64,000 nucleotides of DNA, taken from the NCBI GenBank assembly GCA_951406725.2, contig OX597825.1, positions 45,136,001 to 45,200,000 of the forward strand. Direction: 5' to 3'. A program made the position numbers and the translations under genes. Source of the DNA: Octopus vulgaris. Lineage: Eukaryota. Position 1 is the stretch's first letter. Each line of letters opens with the position of its first letter. Positions 50,533-63,884 of the stretch are shown piece by piece. A model generated the notes under the pieces. That model made no database searches, was not told the origin of the DNA, and saw nothing but the letters and a program-made list of their open reading frames with translations.

Positions 50533-50635
50533 AAACAGAATAGAATAGAATAGAAGAGAACAGAATGGAACAGGACAGAACAAAACAGAACAGAACAGAA
50601 CAGAAAAAGAGAGAAAGAAAGAAAGGAAGGAAGGG
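50533..50635. repeat. (AGAAY)n/(GAAA)n microsatellite forming the polypyrimidine tract of the minus-strand intron
   Basis: Direct reading of the sequence. Confidence 0.85.
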
Positions 50636-51370
50636 ATAAATAAATGAATGAACAGACAAATAGAGAGATGGACATACATATAGACTTAACATAGCTAGAC
50701 AAAGAGACATACCTAGACAGGTAGATGGATATATGTGGAATTATTTAATAATTCTCATAATACTAAACTGTGATTTAAAGACAAATTTTCCATGAAGCAA
50801 CATCTTTTTCCCCATCAGCTGGATTAAGTGGTCACCAGAGACACAGTAAATACTTGCATTGGAAAAGAACGCATGATCCATGGCTATTATTTCAGAAATT
50901 TATTTCTTTCATAATATCATACAAACCTTGGACATTAACAAACACAAAATAAATTGTATGTATTTCTATAAAAGAAACTTAGAAGAGAATGTCTTTCTGT
51001 GTTTTTGTTTGTTTGCTTTTAATAATTAATTTTGTTGTGTTATCATGTCTAAAAAAAGGAATCATTGACCATAAGATTTAAGGTCTTGTTTAGTTTTAAG
51101 CTTATTTTGCTGAATGTAAGTTGAAAAAAAGTTGTCGGTATAATCTAAATATACATGTGATAGAAGAAATAACCTCCTTAGTACAGCAAGGATTTTAAAA
51201 AATGCTTGAAATGTTTGTTGTAATGTTATGGGAAGGAGATAGATTGCATATTACAGATGCAGAGAAACAGGTGCTAGGATGTGGTCAGAAATCATAAATA
51301 TTTATCATTGTTCCTTTCCTTTCTTAGGTAGCACAAAAACACTGACCACCTAGTAGCTAGTTTCAGAAGA

Positions 51371-51408
51371 ATCACTTCTCGGCCTTTTGGCTAAAATCAA
51401 AGTGTAGT
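51371..51408 (+). pseudogene. U2: 3'-truncated U2 snRNA retro-fragment with 8-bp TSD
   Basis: atcacttctcggccttttggctaaaatcaaagtgtagt matches the U2 5' end (ATCGCTTCTCGGCCTTTTGGCTAAGATCA(A)AGTGTAGT). It is flanked by tcagaaga at 51363-51370 and 51410-51417. Confidence 0.9.
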
Positions 51409-51437
51409 CTCAGAAGATATTAAGACAGAAAACATAC

Positions 51438-51568
51438 TTCCCCCAGTTTTCCTGATGGGTCTCCTTAAAAGCTAAATATTCCATTGTGTCACTTCGTGTA
51501 CGTCCATCTTGGATGGCAATTTTGTAGAATGTATCTTCTTTATGAGAAGTAGGAGTTGTTGGTGGTGG
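51438..51568 (-). CDS. IQCH: Host gene exon, IQCH-like: PPPTTPTSHKEDTFYKIAIQDGRTRSDTMEYLAFKETHQENWG
   Basis: Acceptor ttttag and donor gtatgt. 131 nt, phase 0 to 2, open frame. Confidence 0.8.
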
Positions 51569-52588
51569 CTAAAATTACATATAATTGGAAGATAATAAAG
51601 TCAGTTAGTCAAAATGGTTGAAATGATCTTTCTCAATTAAAGTAGAATAGTTGGTACAGAATGTAAAAGAATTTTACTTATATCTTGTCAAAATTGTTTT
51701 TTGCTTCTCATGCTTTTGGAGTCAAATAAGGACAGCAGACCAAACACCAATAATATACCAAAATTGAGACAACTAATTATACAACTTACAATAAACCCAT
51801 TTCCTTAAACACAAATATTTCTGCTTGTTGAATGATTCATGTCATTATTTATTACTAAAAAGGGTAGAAATGATGTAGAACTAAACTGAATGTCTAAAGA
51901 CTTTATTTTAATTCCTACATATTTTGAATTCAAATACTTCTAGGTTCAACTCCATACTTTATCCTGCCAGAAGCAACGTAATAAATACTTGACATGCTTT
52001 GATATCAATTCCTCACCCCAACTAATGAGTAAGGCCTGTGTCTATATGACCAATTAATTATAAATTATATGGATCTTTAAGTAAGTAGATACCCTTGTCT
52101 TGGAAGAAAGTAAAGATTTATACAGTTTAATGCAGATTAAAAATCTAGTACTTACATTATTAACCCATTATCATAGAATGGAATCACCATCTGTAACTCA
52201 AATCATTAAACACACCAATAACTAACTAATGCAATGTAGTATAAATAGAATGTAAACATAATTGCTTATGACTAGACTCATTAATCCTAAAGTGAACATA
52301 TTTACTTGATGCATTCAGTATTTAATTCTTACACAAGCCACAGGTTTCACATGGTCAGTAATTAACTTCCATCAATAAGCTAATAATTTTATTCTAATAT
52401 ATAGCATAGTATAGTACCTAATTTAAAATTAATATAAACTGAGATAAACAGTACAAAGTATCATGAACTAACAAGACAATAGAATGACATCAAAAGAGTA
52501 ACTTAACACTTGTTCTCTGTCTTTGCTTCTAATGAATTTCAGAAAAGCAAAAATTAATCAAAACTAAAAAAATCTTTTGTTCAATTAC

Positions 52589-52788
52589 TGTTGGAAAAGT
52601 TGTTGAAAGAGTCCTTTGTAGTGACAGATCTTTCATATTTTCAGTAGGTATCTGTACAGTCATACCACATAACTGATTTTTGTCAACTGTGTTCATGATT
52701 TTCAGAGAAACCCCTTTTCTTTTTGTTAAAATGTCCTCTTCAGATTGTGAGATTTCATCTTTAACTGGCAGCAGATTCACTTTGAAAT
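52589..52788 (-). CDS. IQCH: Host gene exon, IQCH-like: DFKVNLLPVKDE...LSTTFPT
   Basis: Acceptor ttcattttag and donor gtaatt. 200 nt, phase 1 to 0. It overlaps ORF 52529-52780 and its phase fits the next exon. Confidence 0.72.
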
Positions 52789-52889
52789 CTAAAATGAAAT
52801 CATTGTTTAGAAAATAAAATGAGAGAAAATATTTTTAAATAATAATAGTGTAAAGATCTTAATCGTTAACATTTTATTATCAAAATAAA

Positions 52890-55800
52890 TCATCATCATC
52901 ATCATCATCATCATATAACGTCCGCTTTCCATGCTAGCATGGGTCGGACGATTTTGACTGAGGACTGGCGAACCAGATGGCTGCACCAGACTCCAATCTT
53001 GATTTGGCCGAGTTTCTACAGCTGGATGCCCTTCCTAACGCCAACCACTTCAAGAGTGTAGTGGGTGCTTTTTACGTGCCACCGGCACAGGGGCCAGTCA
53101 GGCGGTACTGGCAACGACCATGCTCGAATCCTTTTACACATGCCACCAGCACAGGTGCCAGTATGACGACATTGGTAACGATTACGCTCGAATGGTGTCA
53201 TTTAGGTGTCATTGGCATGGAAGCTGGTTAGCCGCTCTGTCAATGATCACACTCGTATGGTGCTCTTTGCACCCTGCTAACACGGACGCCAGTCATCGAA
53301 TTTGATTTTGATTTTGATTTTGCTTCTGATTGATTTCACTTGCCTCAACAGGTCTTCGCAAGCAGAGTTTTAGTGTCCAAAGAAGGAAAAGGTATGCATA
53401 AGTGGACTGGTTACGCCCCTGGCATAGGCCATGAGACTATGGTTTCATTTGGCTTGCCAGGTCTTCTCATGCACAGCAAATTTCCAAAGGTCTCGGTCAC
53501 TAGTCATTTCCTTGGTGAGGCCTAAAGTTCGAAGGTCATGCTTCACCAATTCATTCCAGGTCTTCCTGGGTCTACCTCTTCCACAGGTTCCTTCAACCAC
53601 TAGGGTGTGGCACTTTTTCACACAGCTATCCTCATCCATTCTTGCCACATGTCCATACCAGTGCAGTCGTCTCTCTTGCACACCACATCTGATGCTTCTT
53701 AGGTCCAACATTTCTCTCAAGGTACCTACACTCTGTCGAGTATGCACACTGACATTACACATCCATCGGATCATACTGGCTTCATTCCTTGCGAGCTTAT
53801 GCATGTCCTCAGCAGTCACAGCCCACGTTTCACTGCCATGTAGCATGGCTGTTCATACACAAGCATCATACAGTCTACCTTACTCTGAGCGAGAGGCCCT
53901 TTGTCACCAGCAGAGGTAGGAGCTATCTGAACTTTGCCCAGGCTATTCTTATTCTAGCAGCTACACTTTCAGCACACCCACCTCTGCTACTGACTTGGTC
54001 CCCTAGGTAACAGAAGCTATCAACTACTTCTAGTTTTTCTCCCTGGAATGTGGCGGAAGTTGGTCTCTGCGCATTTTCAGTGTTTATTGCTCCCGAGCAT
54101 CTGCCACATACAAAAACTATCTTCCCCATTAGCCTCCCTTTGATATTACTGCACCTCTTATGTGTCCATAGCTTACACTGGGTACATCTTATAGAGTTTC
54201 TATCTACGCCTCTACTACAGATTGAGCAGGGTCATCTACCTGAAGGGATTTGTGGTTTGCCTGCCTTCCTACTTATTAGGACTTTGGTTTTAGCTAGGTT
54301 GATTCTAAGGCCCTTCGATTCTAATCCTTGTTTCCACACTTGAAACTTCGCCTGTAGTTCTGATAGTGACTCAGCAATTAGAGCAAAGTCATCAGCATAG
54401 AGGAGCTCCCAGGGGCATCCTGTCTTGAATTCCTTCATTATTTCCTGGAGGACTATGATAAATAGAGGGGGCTGAGGACTGAACCTTGGTGGACCCCTAC
54501 CTCTACCCTGAATTCTTCCCTGTACTCATTGCCAACCCTCACCTTACTTACAGTGTCCCTGTACATGGCTTGCACAGCTCTCACTAACCATTCATCTATC
54601 CCTAATTTCCTCATTGACCACCAGATAAGGGATCGGGGAAACCTGTCAAAGGCTTTCTCCATGTCAACGAAAGCCAGGTACAGGGGCTTATCTTTGGCTA
54701 GGTAGTTCTCCTGCAGCTGTCTTAACAGAAATATGGCATCAGTGGTGCTTTTCCTTGGTACGAAACCAAACTGCATTTCATCCAGGCTGACTCTCTCCCT
54801 AATCAGTTGGGCTATGACCCTCTCCGTAATCTTCACTACCTGATCCAACAGCTTGATACCTCTGTAATCATTTGTACCTTTGTAGCAGTTGACTATTATG
54901 CTGCTATACCAGTCATTGGAAATGACTTCTTTGTGTATCACCTGGTTAACTATATGGGTGACTAGGCTACAGCCGACACTGCCAGATATTTTGAGCATCT
55001 CTGCAGTAATTCCTGATGGGCCAGGGACCTTCCCTGTCTTCATGCTTCTAATTGCCTTATCTACCAAGGAACTGTCAACTCGGATAGCTGGTCCCTCTGT
55101 TGGGTCGACATTTGGCAGACTCCCATTCTCCCATTTATTTTCTTTACTGAGCAACCTTTCATAGTGGTGTCTCCAAACCTCTCTCTTTGCATCCTCATCC
55201 AGTGCAAGTGAACCGTCATCCATGCAAACACATTTCTCTCCTATCACGTCACGATTCTCTCTCACACACAGTCTTGCAACACGAAATACCTCAAGTCTTT
55301 TGTCCTCACAGCGCAGAACATTGGCAAAATGTTTCTTATCTGCTTCCCCTCTGGCTAAATAAACCTGCCTCCTAGCTTCCCTTCTGGCAGTCTGATACAC
55401 TTCCCTGCTACCACCATTCTTCCAGTCCTTTCAAGCCTGTTTCTTTTCTCTAATAGCCCTGTCAACAAAATTGTTCCACCACCACGTTATTTTGGGTCGG
55501 GAGGGGACTTTGCACCATCCACAGATCTGGTCAGTGGCCCTTAGCAGGTTGTCCCATAGTAACCTCCAGTTGTCTTCTATACCATGTGAAGCTATATCCC
55601 CTTCTATTTCGTCAAAGGCTTCGAGTAATATGTCTCTAAATCTCTGTCCATTTGCAGGATCTTTAAGTCTCCAGACCTTCTTCTCCTTGCTGGTCAACTT
55701 CTGGGCATCCATTTAGCCCTGATCCTAAAGTCACTAACTACTAGTCTATGTTGTGGGGTACATTCTTTGCCTGGGAAGGTTTTGGCATTTATAAGCAGCC

Positions 55801-57000
55801 ATCTTTCCCTTTTTCTGATGAGGATGTAGTCGATTTGACTAGTGTGTCTGCCAGAGCGGTAGGTGACTAGGTGGCTGACAGGTTTTCTGAAGTTAGTATT
55901 GCAAACCATAAGATCATTTGCGTCACAGAACTCCAGCAACCTGGTTCCCTCCTCATTGCGAGAGCCAAAACCGTAGCCTCCATGTATGCCATGGAAGCCC
56001 CCAACATGTTGTCCAACATGTCCATTGAAGTCGCTAGCCACAAAGAGAAGGTCCCTGTCATTTGTCTAATCTAATCTTAAGTATTCTGTCGCATACTCTC
56101 ACTACCTCAATTACTTTATCTACCCATTTCTCCGCAAGAAGTATACCCCCCCCCCAACCCTGTCAGTGTTCCCTGCCCAGAAAATCTTGTATCTGTGTTC
56201 TTTGCCTGTGAGGAACCTAGCAGAACCTCCTCTCCACCTTAATTCTTGGGTGCAGCACATATTGACACATCTCCATTCAAGCATCTCAACAATCTCACCA
56301 GACCTACCTTTCAGTGTGTCGATGTTGAGGGTGCCAACCCTGAGGGTGTGGGAGGTATGGGCCTGTGAGACCCTGGGACGGGGGACAGTGGCGTCATGTA
56401 CCTGAAAAGAGAGCTCCTGTGAGGAACCTAGCAGAACCTCCTCTCCACCTTAATTCTTGGGTGCAGCACATATTGACACATCTCCATTCAAGCATCTCAA
56501 CAATCTCACCAGACCTACCTTTCAGTGTGTCGATATTGAGGGTGCCAACCCTGAGGGTGTGGGAGGTATGGGCCTGTGAAACCCTGGGACGGGGGACAGT
56601 GGCGTCACGTACCTGAAAAGAGAGCTCGCATTTGGCAGAATTCGTAAGCAAACAATGATCTTAAGTTCAACCTGCTTACACTACACTATCATGTTTTGCA
56701 CTATATGATCACTACCTTATATAGTAGGGGTGGGGTTGGCATAAGGCCTTTAGGTGTTCATGGGAGACAAGCAAAGGAAGACGAGATACTTCTGGTATAG
56801 GTGGAGGGGGTGGGAGGGCGGGCGAACTGCCGCGAACTGGCAACCATGGGCTAGGAATTAAGAGACAGAAAAGGCCAATAGATAGATAGGCATATAGTGT
56901 AGGAATTAAAGAGGCAGAGTGAAGGCTGATAGATGAGCCAGTGGGTGGGGGGGTCAGTACACGCAGGAGGAATGGTTCCGGGATTTGGAGAAAGACAAGA
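52890..57000 (-). mobile_element. PHD-family RTE LINE, near full length (best-preserved copy)
   Basis: LRVGTLNIDTLKG, SDFNGHVG, SQIDYIL, QHRLVV, RT ORF 54453-55400, ELLYADD, PHD, CYLGD, LHWYGHVARM, GRGRPRKTW. A (cat)n tail at 52890. Confidence 0.93.
56204..56625. repeat. Tandem duplication of about 212 bp at the RTE 5' coding start
   Basis: cctgtgaggaacctagcagaacc...cctgaaaagagagct occurs twice and is almost identical. Confidence 0.92.
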
Positions 57001-59549
57001 TTAGAGACGAAAGACTGTGTGATGTGTGATAAATTTTCATGAGTGAAAGAATATGTTGCAAATTAAGGAAATGCGTGAGCTAGGGTTAAAGACGAAAATA
57101 CATCGACAGTAAGACGGAGACAGAATAAGACAGAGTAGCGAGAAAATAATAATAAGGGTTTATGATGATAATATTCGCAAAAATACAATGAAAGGAGTAG
57201 CAAGTTGAAAGCTTAAAATCTCTTATCTGAAATTTTTTATCCTCTGAGAATCGTGTTAACAGCCAGGGTATCGAAGTCAATATTTTCTAATTGTATTGTA
57301 TTCTCCTATAAAAGGGTTTGACATTATCACTACATGTTAGTTTTCGTAACAAGTGTGATCTGACATTATCCACAGCTGTTCTAATAGTAATGTGCATAAA
57401 CAGAATGAAAATTGTTGCTCGGTGTCTGAATAATAAAAACTATATTGAAAACATACTTAGTTTCAGTGTGAAAGAATTTAGGGTTAAAACATCAAGTTAA
57501 AGAGAATATTAATCACCATGAGCTACACTGTTGTTGAATTCATCATTTTGTATGTCTTAGATGATAGAGAGGAATGAGAGACTGAGACAGGAAGGAAAGA
57601 GAAAGAGAGGAAACAATGTCACCACCACCACCTTTATAGACCTTCTGAGAGCTTACAAATCAGTATCATAAACATAGGTAATAAGAGAACTCCAGATGGT
57701 GACACTCTGTGGAGAAAGAATTAGGATAACTGTGAGGGAAACAGAAAAGGGAAGTGATAGAAGGATTTGAGTAGAGTAGTTTTAATAGCATTAAAACAGC
57801 TACAGAGAAAAGTCAGCAGGCCAGATGTTATAATGTCCTGGTGAATGAGTCATTGCTAAAAAGGTCAGAGATCTTTTTTGGTGATACAGTTTAGAGTAAT
57901 GATTTGTAGGTACATGGTATATCATTATGCAACCATTATATACTATAAAGTATATAAAATGTTTTTATAAGTCAATACCACATTCTACTGCATTAGCAGT
58001 ACTTTTTACATTATTCTGTTAAGGCTATTTTTCTATAGAATATCTGTAAAAATAACCGTAACAGTTTTGAATGTTGGTATTTAAACCAGCAATACCATCC
58101 CAGATATAGAAATAGTGCGCTATTGTATGTTTTTACTGAGTTTTGTAGATGGTCAGAAACAGATCAGAACTTAAGTATTTTCTGAATACAATGCCTGATC
58201 TTTGAGATGCAGTTTCATTTATGTGAGTGTAGTCACCTTTAAAAAGAATTCATCAAATATAGAATCTTGCATTTATAGTGATTTTTGGTGCTTTAATTGT
58301 GTATTGTTCATGACTAGAGAAGGTCAGGTAAAAACAAATACAAGATTCTTAGCTTGATCTGAATAGTGATAGTATATTTTTATTGTTTAAAGAGATTGGA
58401 GTGCCATATTCATAATGCAAGCTGTTATTAGCATCTTTTTTCATGAAAGCAGACCAGATGTCTGAGTTGTATGTAGATGACACCTAGAAGTTTGTGGGGA
58501 ATGCATTCTCCACATATGAGTGAAATTTCATATAGGAGGTGATAGACAGGTTGCTATTATGAAATTAAGAATGAGACACATAGCCCAGTCACAAGACTCA
58601 CATGTACTGATGAAGATTGAATGAAAGAGACATTTGGGCACAGCTTACAGGTAGGCAGAATTAAAAGGAGATTCTCAAACTAAATAAGGTTACAAACTTT
58701 GCTGATATTGAATGTAACAACATTGTTATTGCACAACTTCTCAACGTAGAATAAAGCATGTGGCTTCAGAAGAGGATTACTTTGAAGGAGATTAAATGCC
58801 AAATTGATATATGCTATGGTTTGCTTTTTATATCACCACTCCCAATACATTTTGATCCAACCTTGTTCACATTGTTGGGTAGCCATTGCCTACGCATGAG
58901 TTCCAGCACTCATTGACAGGTTTTATTTTTCACCTCACAAAGTATCTATCAGTCACCCTCCTCACTGGCAACCTCAGTGAGGTTGCCAGTTTAGTTTCCA
59001 ACAACCCAGCTATGCAACAGATTGTACTAGATTACATGTTACCAGTAAGCGCTCAAGAGCAACCTCAAGAGTGACCTGACATATTTTTATTTTAAAATTT
59101 TATATCATTATACATTTATATATTTTTCATATATTTATATTTTTTATATTCCATCATTATATATTTTTTTATATATTTTATATTTCTTGTATATATATTT
59201 ATGTTTTATATTCTTAAACCCTTACTGTCCTGTAGGTCATCCTTGGTTGGGAAAGGCTAGAAGGATTCTCTGATGTAACACCCACTAGATTTGCTGAGGC
59301 AAACAACTAGCTTTGGCTGATCTTTAGAGCACTTAGCACTATTATATATATTTATGCATGTGTTGAGCCACCAAACCTCAACCTAATGGCTGATCAAGCC
59401 ATATCATCACTACTTGATCTGTGACCTTGTCTGCATCTGACAAGTGGTATGCTGGGCATTAGTACAAGTTGTTCTTTCTCAGTGGAGAGTATGGGTTTTG
59501 TTCAGCACAGGCAAATTCCACTTAAACCAAACTCATAGTGCAGGTTGTT

Positions 59550-62300
59550 CAGTAGTGCAGGTTGTAACATGAGGATAAATCAAATCATATGATGAAATGA
59601 TGGCTACAAGAACAGGTGGAGAAAGTTACTGGGAGTCTTTAGCTTGAGCTTCGCACATATGGTGGTAAGAAGTAGATGACAGACCTGTGAAACCTAAGTA
59701 AACAATTTCACAGCCAAGAAAAATATGCTACACTAGTAAATGCATACACACCAACACTTGGTTCTATAGATGCAGCTAAAGACAAATTCTGTTCCAATTT
59801 ATGAATATTACTGAACCAAATTCCCAATCAAGATAAGATTTTAATCAGATTACCTTTCTTGGCCAAATTTTCTTGGCAAGCCTAGTTTTGGCAAAATGAA
59901 CTCAAACAGACTCCTGCTACTATTTTTGAGCAATGAGTTTGGATTTCCTGTCAACAGCACATGTTTTCAACAGTCCAATGAAAACAAAATAACTTGGTAT
60001 GATCCTAGATCAGGTCATGAACATCTGAATAACTATGTGATTGTCCAAAGCTCAGAAATGATGTTAAACTAACACATCCCTTCCATAAGGCAGAACGTTG
60101 GACACTCTATGATAAACTTTGAAGTAAGATAAAAATGAGACCAAAACCAACCATAAAACAAGATTATAAAAAAGGTATTAGGTCAAAGTAGATAACAATA
60201 AGGATATTCTCATGCAAACACTTGATTTAAAGTTACAAAAATAGAATCATAATAAATATAGAAGAATCATAGAATCTATTTAGAAATACTATTTATGAGT
60301 CATCTAGAGTTCTTGGGTTTTCAAGTAAAAACCAAGATTGGTTTGATGAAAATAATGAAGTTACAAATGAACAGCTTCAGGAAATGTACTGACTTTATAA
60401 AAAATGGATTACAGATTAAAACTCTACTAGAAAGAAAAAGCTTTACATATTTACCAAAAACTCTGTTCAAACTAAACCCCAAAATATGAAGCAACAGTGG
60501 TGGGAACAAAAGGCTAAAGTTCTGCAAGAATCAGCAGACAAGCATAGAATGAAAGATCTATATCAAAATTTGGAGCAGCTATTTGCTCCAAGTAAAGATA
60601 GTTATTGTCCTGCTCTTTCTACTGAAGGGAATCTTCTTACAGATCATAATGACATACTGAAACATTGGACAGGACATTTTAAAGATGTACTCAATAGAGA
60701 AACAAATGTAGGTATGAACCCAATCAATATTCCCCAAAGACCTGTAGTTGAAGTCATTGACATACTTGCATTAGATTCAGGGTTAGATGATGTGAAAGTG
60801 ACTATAAAACAACTGACAAATAGAAAAGCCCCAGGAGTGGATGGTATTCCCAAAGAAATCTTTAAATGTAGCAGTAATACTTTGGTAGGTAAATTGACAG
60901 ATCTTATAGTCCAAATATGGCAAAAAAAGGAACTGTCCATCAACAATTCAAAGATACACTGATTCTATTTAATTCTACACCTATATAAGCAAAAAGGTAA
61001 TAAAGTGTGAATGTGATAATTATCATGGTATATCTGTATTTCAGAAAAAATCCCCTCTAGAATAATCTTAAACAGAAGAAACACTAATTTAGTTGGTACT
61101 GTCTATCCAGAAAGTCAATATTGGTAAGGTTGAGGGACAGTAAATATGGTATTCAGTTTGTAACAAGTTCAAGAAAAGGCTTGGGAACACAATAAAGACT
61201 TCACTGTGTAGACCTTGCAAAAGTCAATGACTCTGTATGTGAACAGGCTTTATGGAAAATATTAGCAGAGCTCAGGATTCCCAAGTAAATGCTAAATGTC
61301 ATAGTGCCCCAACACAACAATATGAAAGCATCTGTTCCTGCAAGTGGCAGTCAATCTCAGCCTTTTAATGTAAAAAATGATACAAAATAAGGTTGTGTTT
61401 TGACACCGGTATTATTTACACTATTTTTTGCAGTACTCCTGGAATGTACCTTTTTTTATGTAAAAGAGGGTGTGTTTCTCGAATCTAGAAGAATATATCT
61501 TCAACAAAACAGTGTTTCAAAGCAAGGACTAAGGTTGCATTTCACACAAGAGACTTATTGTTTGTAGCGCATATGCTTTAGTTGCTGAGAGTGTTTCTTG
61601 AAGCCAAAGATCTGAAAACAGTTGCAGTTGATGCCTTCACATATTTGGGTTCTACAGAAGCTTTGCTAAACTAGACAAGGAGGTTCAGACTCACATTGAA
61701 AATGCCAGTACAGCTTTTGGAAGATTTATGATCAACTCTGGAATGCTTATGTGTTTCAGTAAGAACAAAAATAGATGCATAAAGTCAGTTGTCCTAAAAA
61801 CTCTTTTATATGGAGCAGTGACCTGGACACTTTATTGTCAGCATATCAGTCAACTGAACAAACTATTGTATACAATATCTTAAGCAAATATACGAGGTTA
61901 AATGAGATGATAGAGTAAAGAATAGCACTGTCCTGAAAATGTGTGGTATACCTGGTATAGAAGCTTTCTTAATCAAGACTCAGATGTCATAGTGTGGATG
62001 CATTCTTCACATGAATAATAGTTGAATCCTAAAACAAATCTTTTATGGTCAGCTTGAAAATTCACAACACAATGTAGACAGGCAACCTCTACAGTATAAG
62101 AATAAATTCAAAGATAAATTGATATACTTGAATATCAGAGAAAAGAAAACACTGAGAACTTTGCAAGCAACCATGCCAACTGGAGGAGAGTGCTTTTTCC
62201 ACCTTCAAAATTTGGTGACTCAAAGGTACCTCATCAAGATGAGTTACAAGAAAATAGGAAAATAAACCAACAGAATAACAATCTTCTTGCAAAGTACCAT
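59550..62300 (+). mobile_element. Old, heavily decayed RTE (BovB-like) LINE
   Basis: VNAYTPT, DPRSGH, KQQWWEQKAKVLQESAD, IKQLTNRKAPGVDGIPKEIFK, GCVLTPVLF, FTYLGS, LLYGAVTWT, PKQIFYGQL. Confidence 0.85.
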
Positions 62301-63699
62301 TGTCCACAATGATTTCTCTGCGTATAAAACTTGGAGAATCAAAATATGATCTAGCAGAGCATTTGACTCTACTCACCTGAAGAGGTTCATATGCCACTTT
62401 TTCTGAGTGATATTAATGTAGTGCAGTTTATAATATGTGTAACATTCCGCAATGAACAGCTGGTAGTGATGTATAGAAACAATTGCAATGATATCTTCAA
62501 TCTATCTTCTTGTATTAATATTTTTAATATTTTCTCTATAGATATTTACAGATTTCTACAGTATATCCAGTGATAGAAAAAGTCCCTAGCATTTGGTACC
62601 TAATACCTGAAGAGAAGCTTTGGAAAACACACTATAAGGCTTTTCCCCAGATAATATTACAATTTTATATATATATTACACATGCACAGGTTGGTTCGGT
62701 GCCACTCATTTGCTTTTTCGTTCAGCAAAGTTCTTTCATTGCTATTTGCAACCTTTTGAATACCTTCTATTTCAGTTAATTACAGAGGCTATTTTGCCTG
62801 TGCGAGACCTCATTGGTTGCAGGTGTGTGCAGTTTAGGAGAGGAGGCAAGGGTGCTGATGACCGATGTGTTTGTGTGTGCATACATGTGTATATGTGTGT
62901 GTCTGAGAGTGTGTGTGTGTATTCCTGCATCTGTGCATATGCATGACTGCATGTGTGTGAAGAATTTTATTTTCGCAATTATTTATAGACAGCACTTGGC
63001 AACAGATGTAGAAATGGCTGTAAGATTTGTTATGTCACCTATTTGTTATGTCATACTTTGTATATTAAAAAACACACTATAAATGTGGTCCAATCGATGT
63101 TTGTTAATCTGAGGTTTTCTCCATTTTCTGATTATTTGTATTTGGTTCTTGATAAACTCTTGTTTATCCTGTTGTTATCTGCACCCTACGTGTATGATGT
63201 GCCTGCACACCAACGCCCAGGCATAGCATGGGTAACAGATACCAGTACATACGGATATTTTATCCCTTAGTCGGTTATTACAACTGCTAACTCTGTTTAC
63301 ACTATGTGTGTGTGTGTAATGACCTTTTTTCAGTTTACATCTACCAAATTCACCCACAAAGCTTCTTGCCACACAGCCATGCCTGCACTGTGCTTCTTTT
63401 TCAGATATATGATACACTGATGATGTGAGTGTGTGTGTAGGGGTGGGATGAGTGTGTGCACATGCGCACGTGTTTAGGTATATCCTTATCATTGTTTTAA
63501 TGTCCTTTTTTTCCGTGTTAGTGTAAGTTAGACAAAATTTATCAAGGCAGTTACCTTCTTGTCACCAACCCTCACCAATCTGCAAGTGAGGTAATATTTC
63601 CCTTAATTCTTTAAATATGAACATTTACAACTAACAATGTCAATATAGAGACACAAACATAAATACATGCACACACATACATACTCACCCCCACATATA

Positions 63700-63845
63700 A
63701 ATGTATGATGAGCTCCTTTTAGTTTCTATCTACCAAATCCACTCAGAGTTTGGTCAGACCAGTGTTATAGTAGAAAACAATTGCCCAAAGTACAGTACAA
63801 TGGAATTGAACCCAAAGCTGCAGAGTTATGAAGTGAACTTCTTTA
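63700..63845 (-). mobile_element. Degenerate tRNA-SINE fragment
   Basis: tttagtttctatctaccaaatccactca...tatagtagaaaacaattgcccaa...gaattgaaccc. A smaller piece lies at about 63320-63385. Confidence 0.7.

Positions 63846-63884
<39 letters not shown>

Noticed and set aside
51371-51408. Functional U2 snRNA gene
   Set aside because: Only 38 nt long, with no Sm site or 3' stem-loops, and flanked by a TSD.
57260-59200. Upstream host exon
   Set aside because: I could not pick out an open frame with a credible acceptor and a phase-1 donor by eye.
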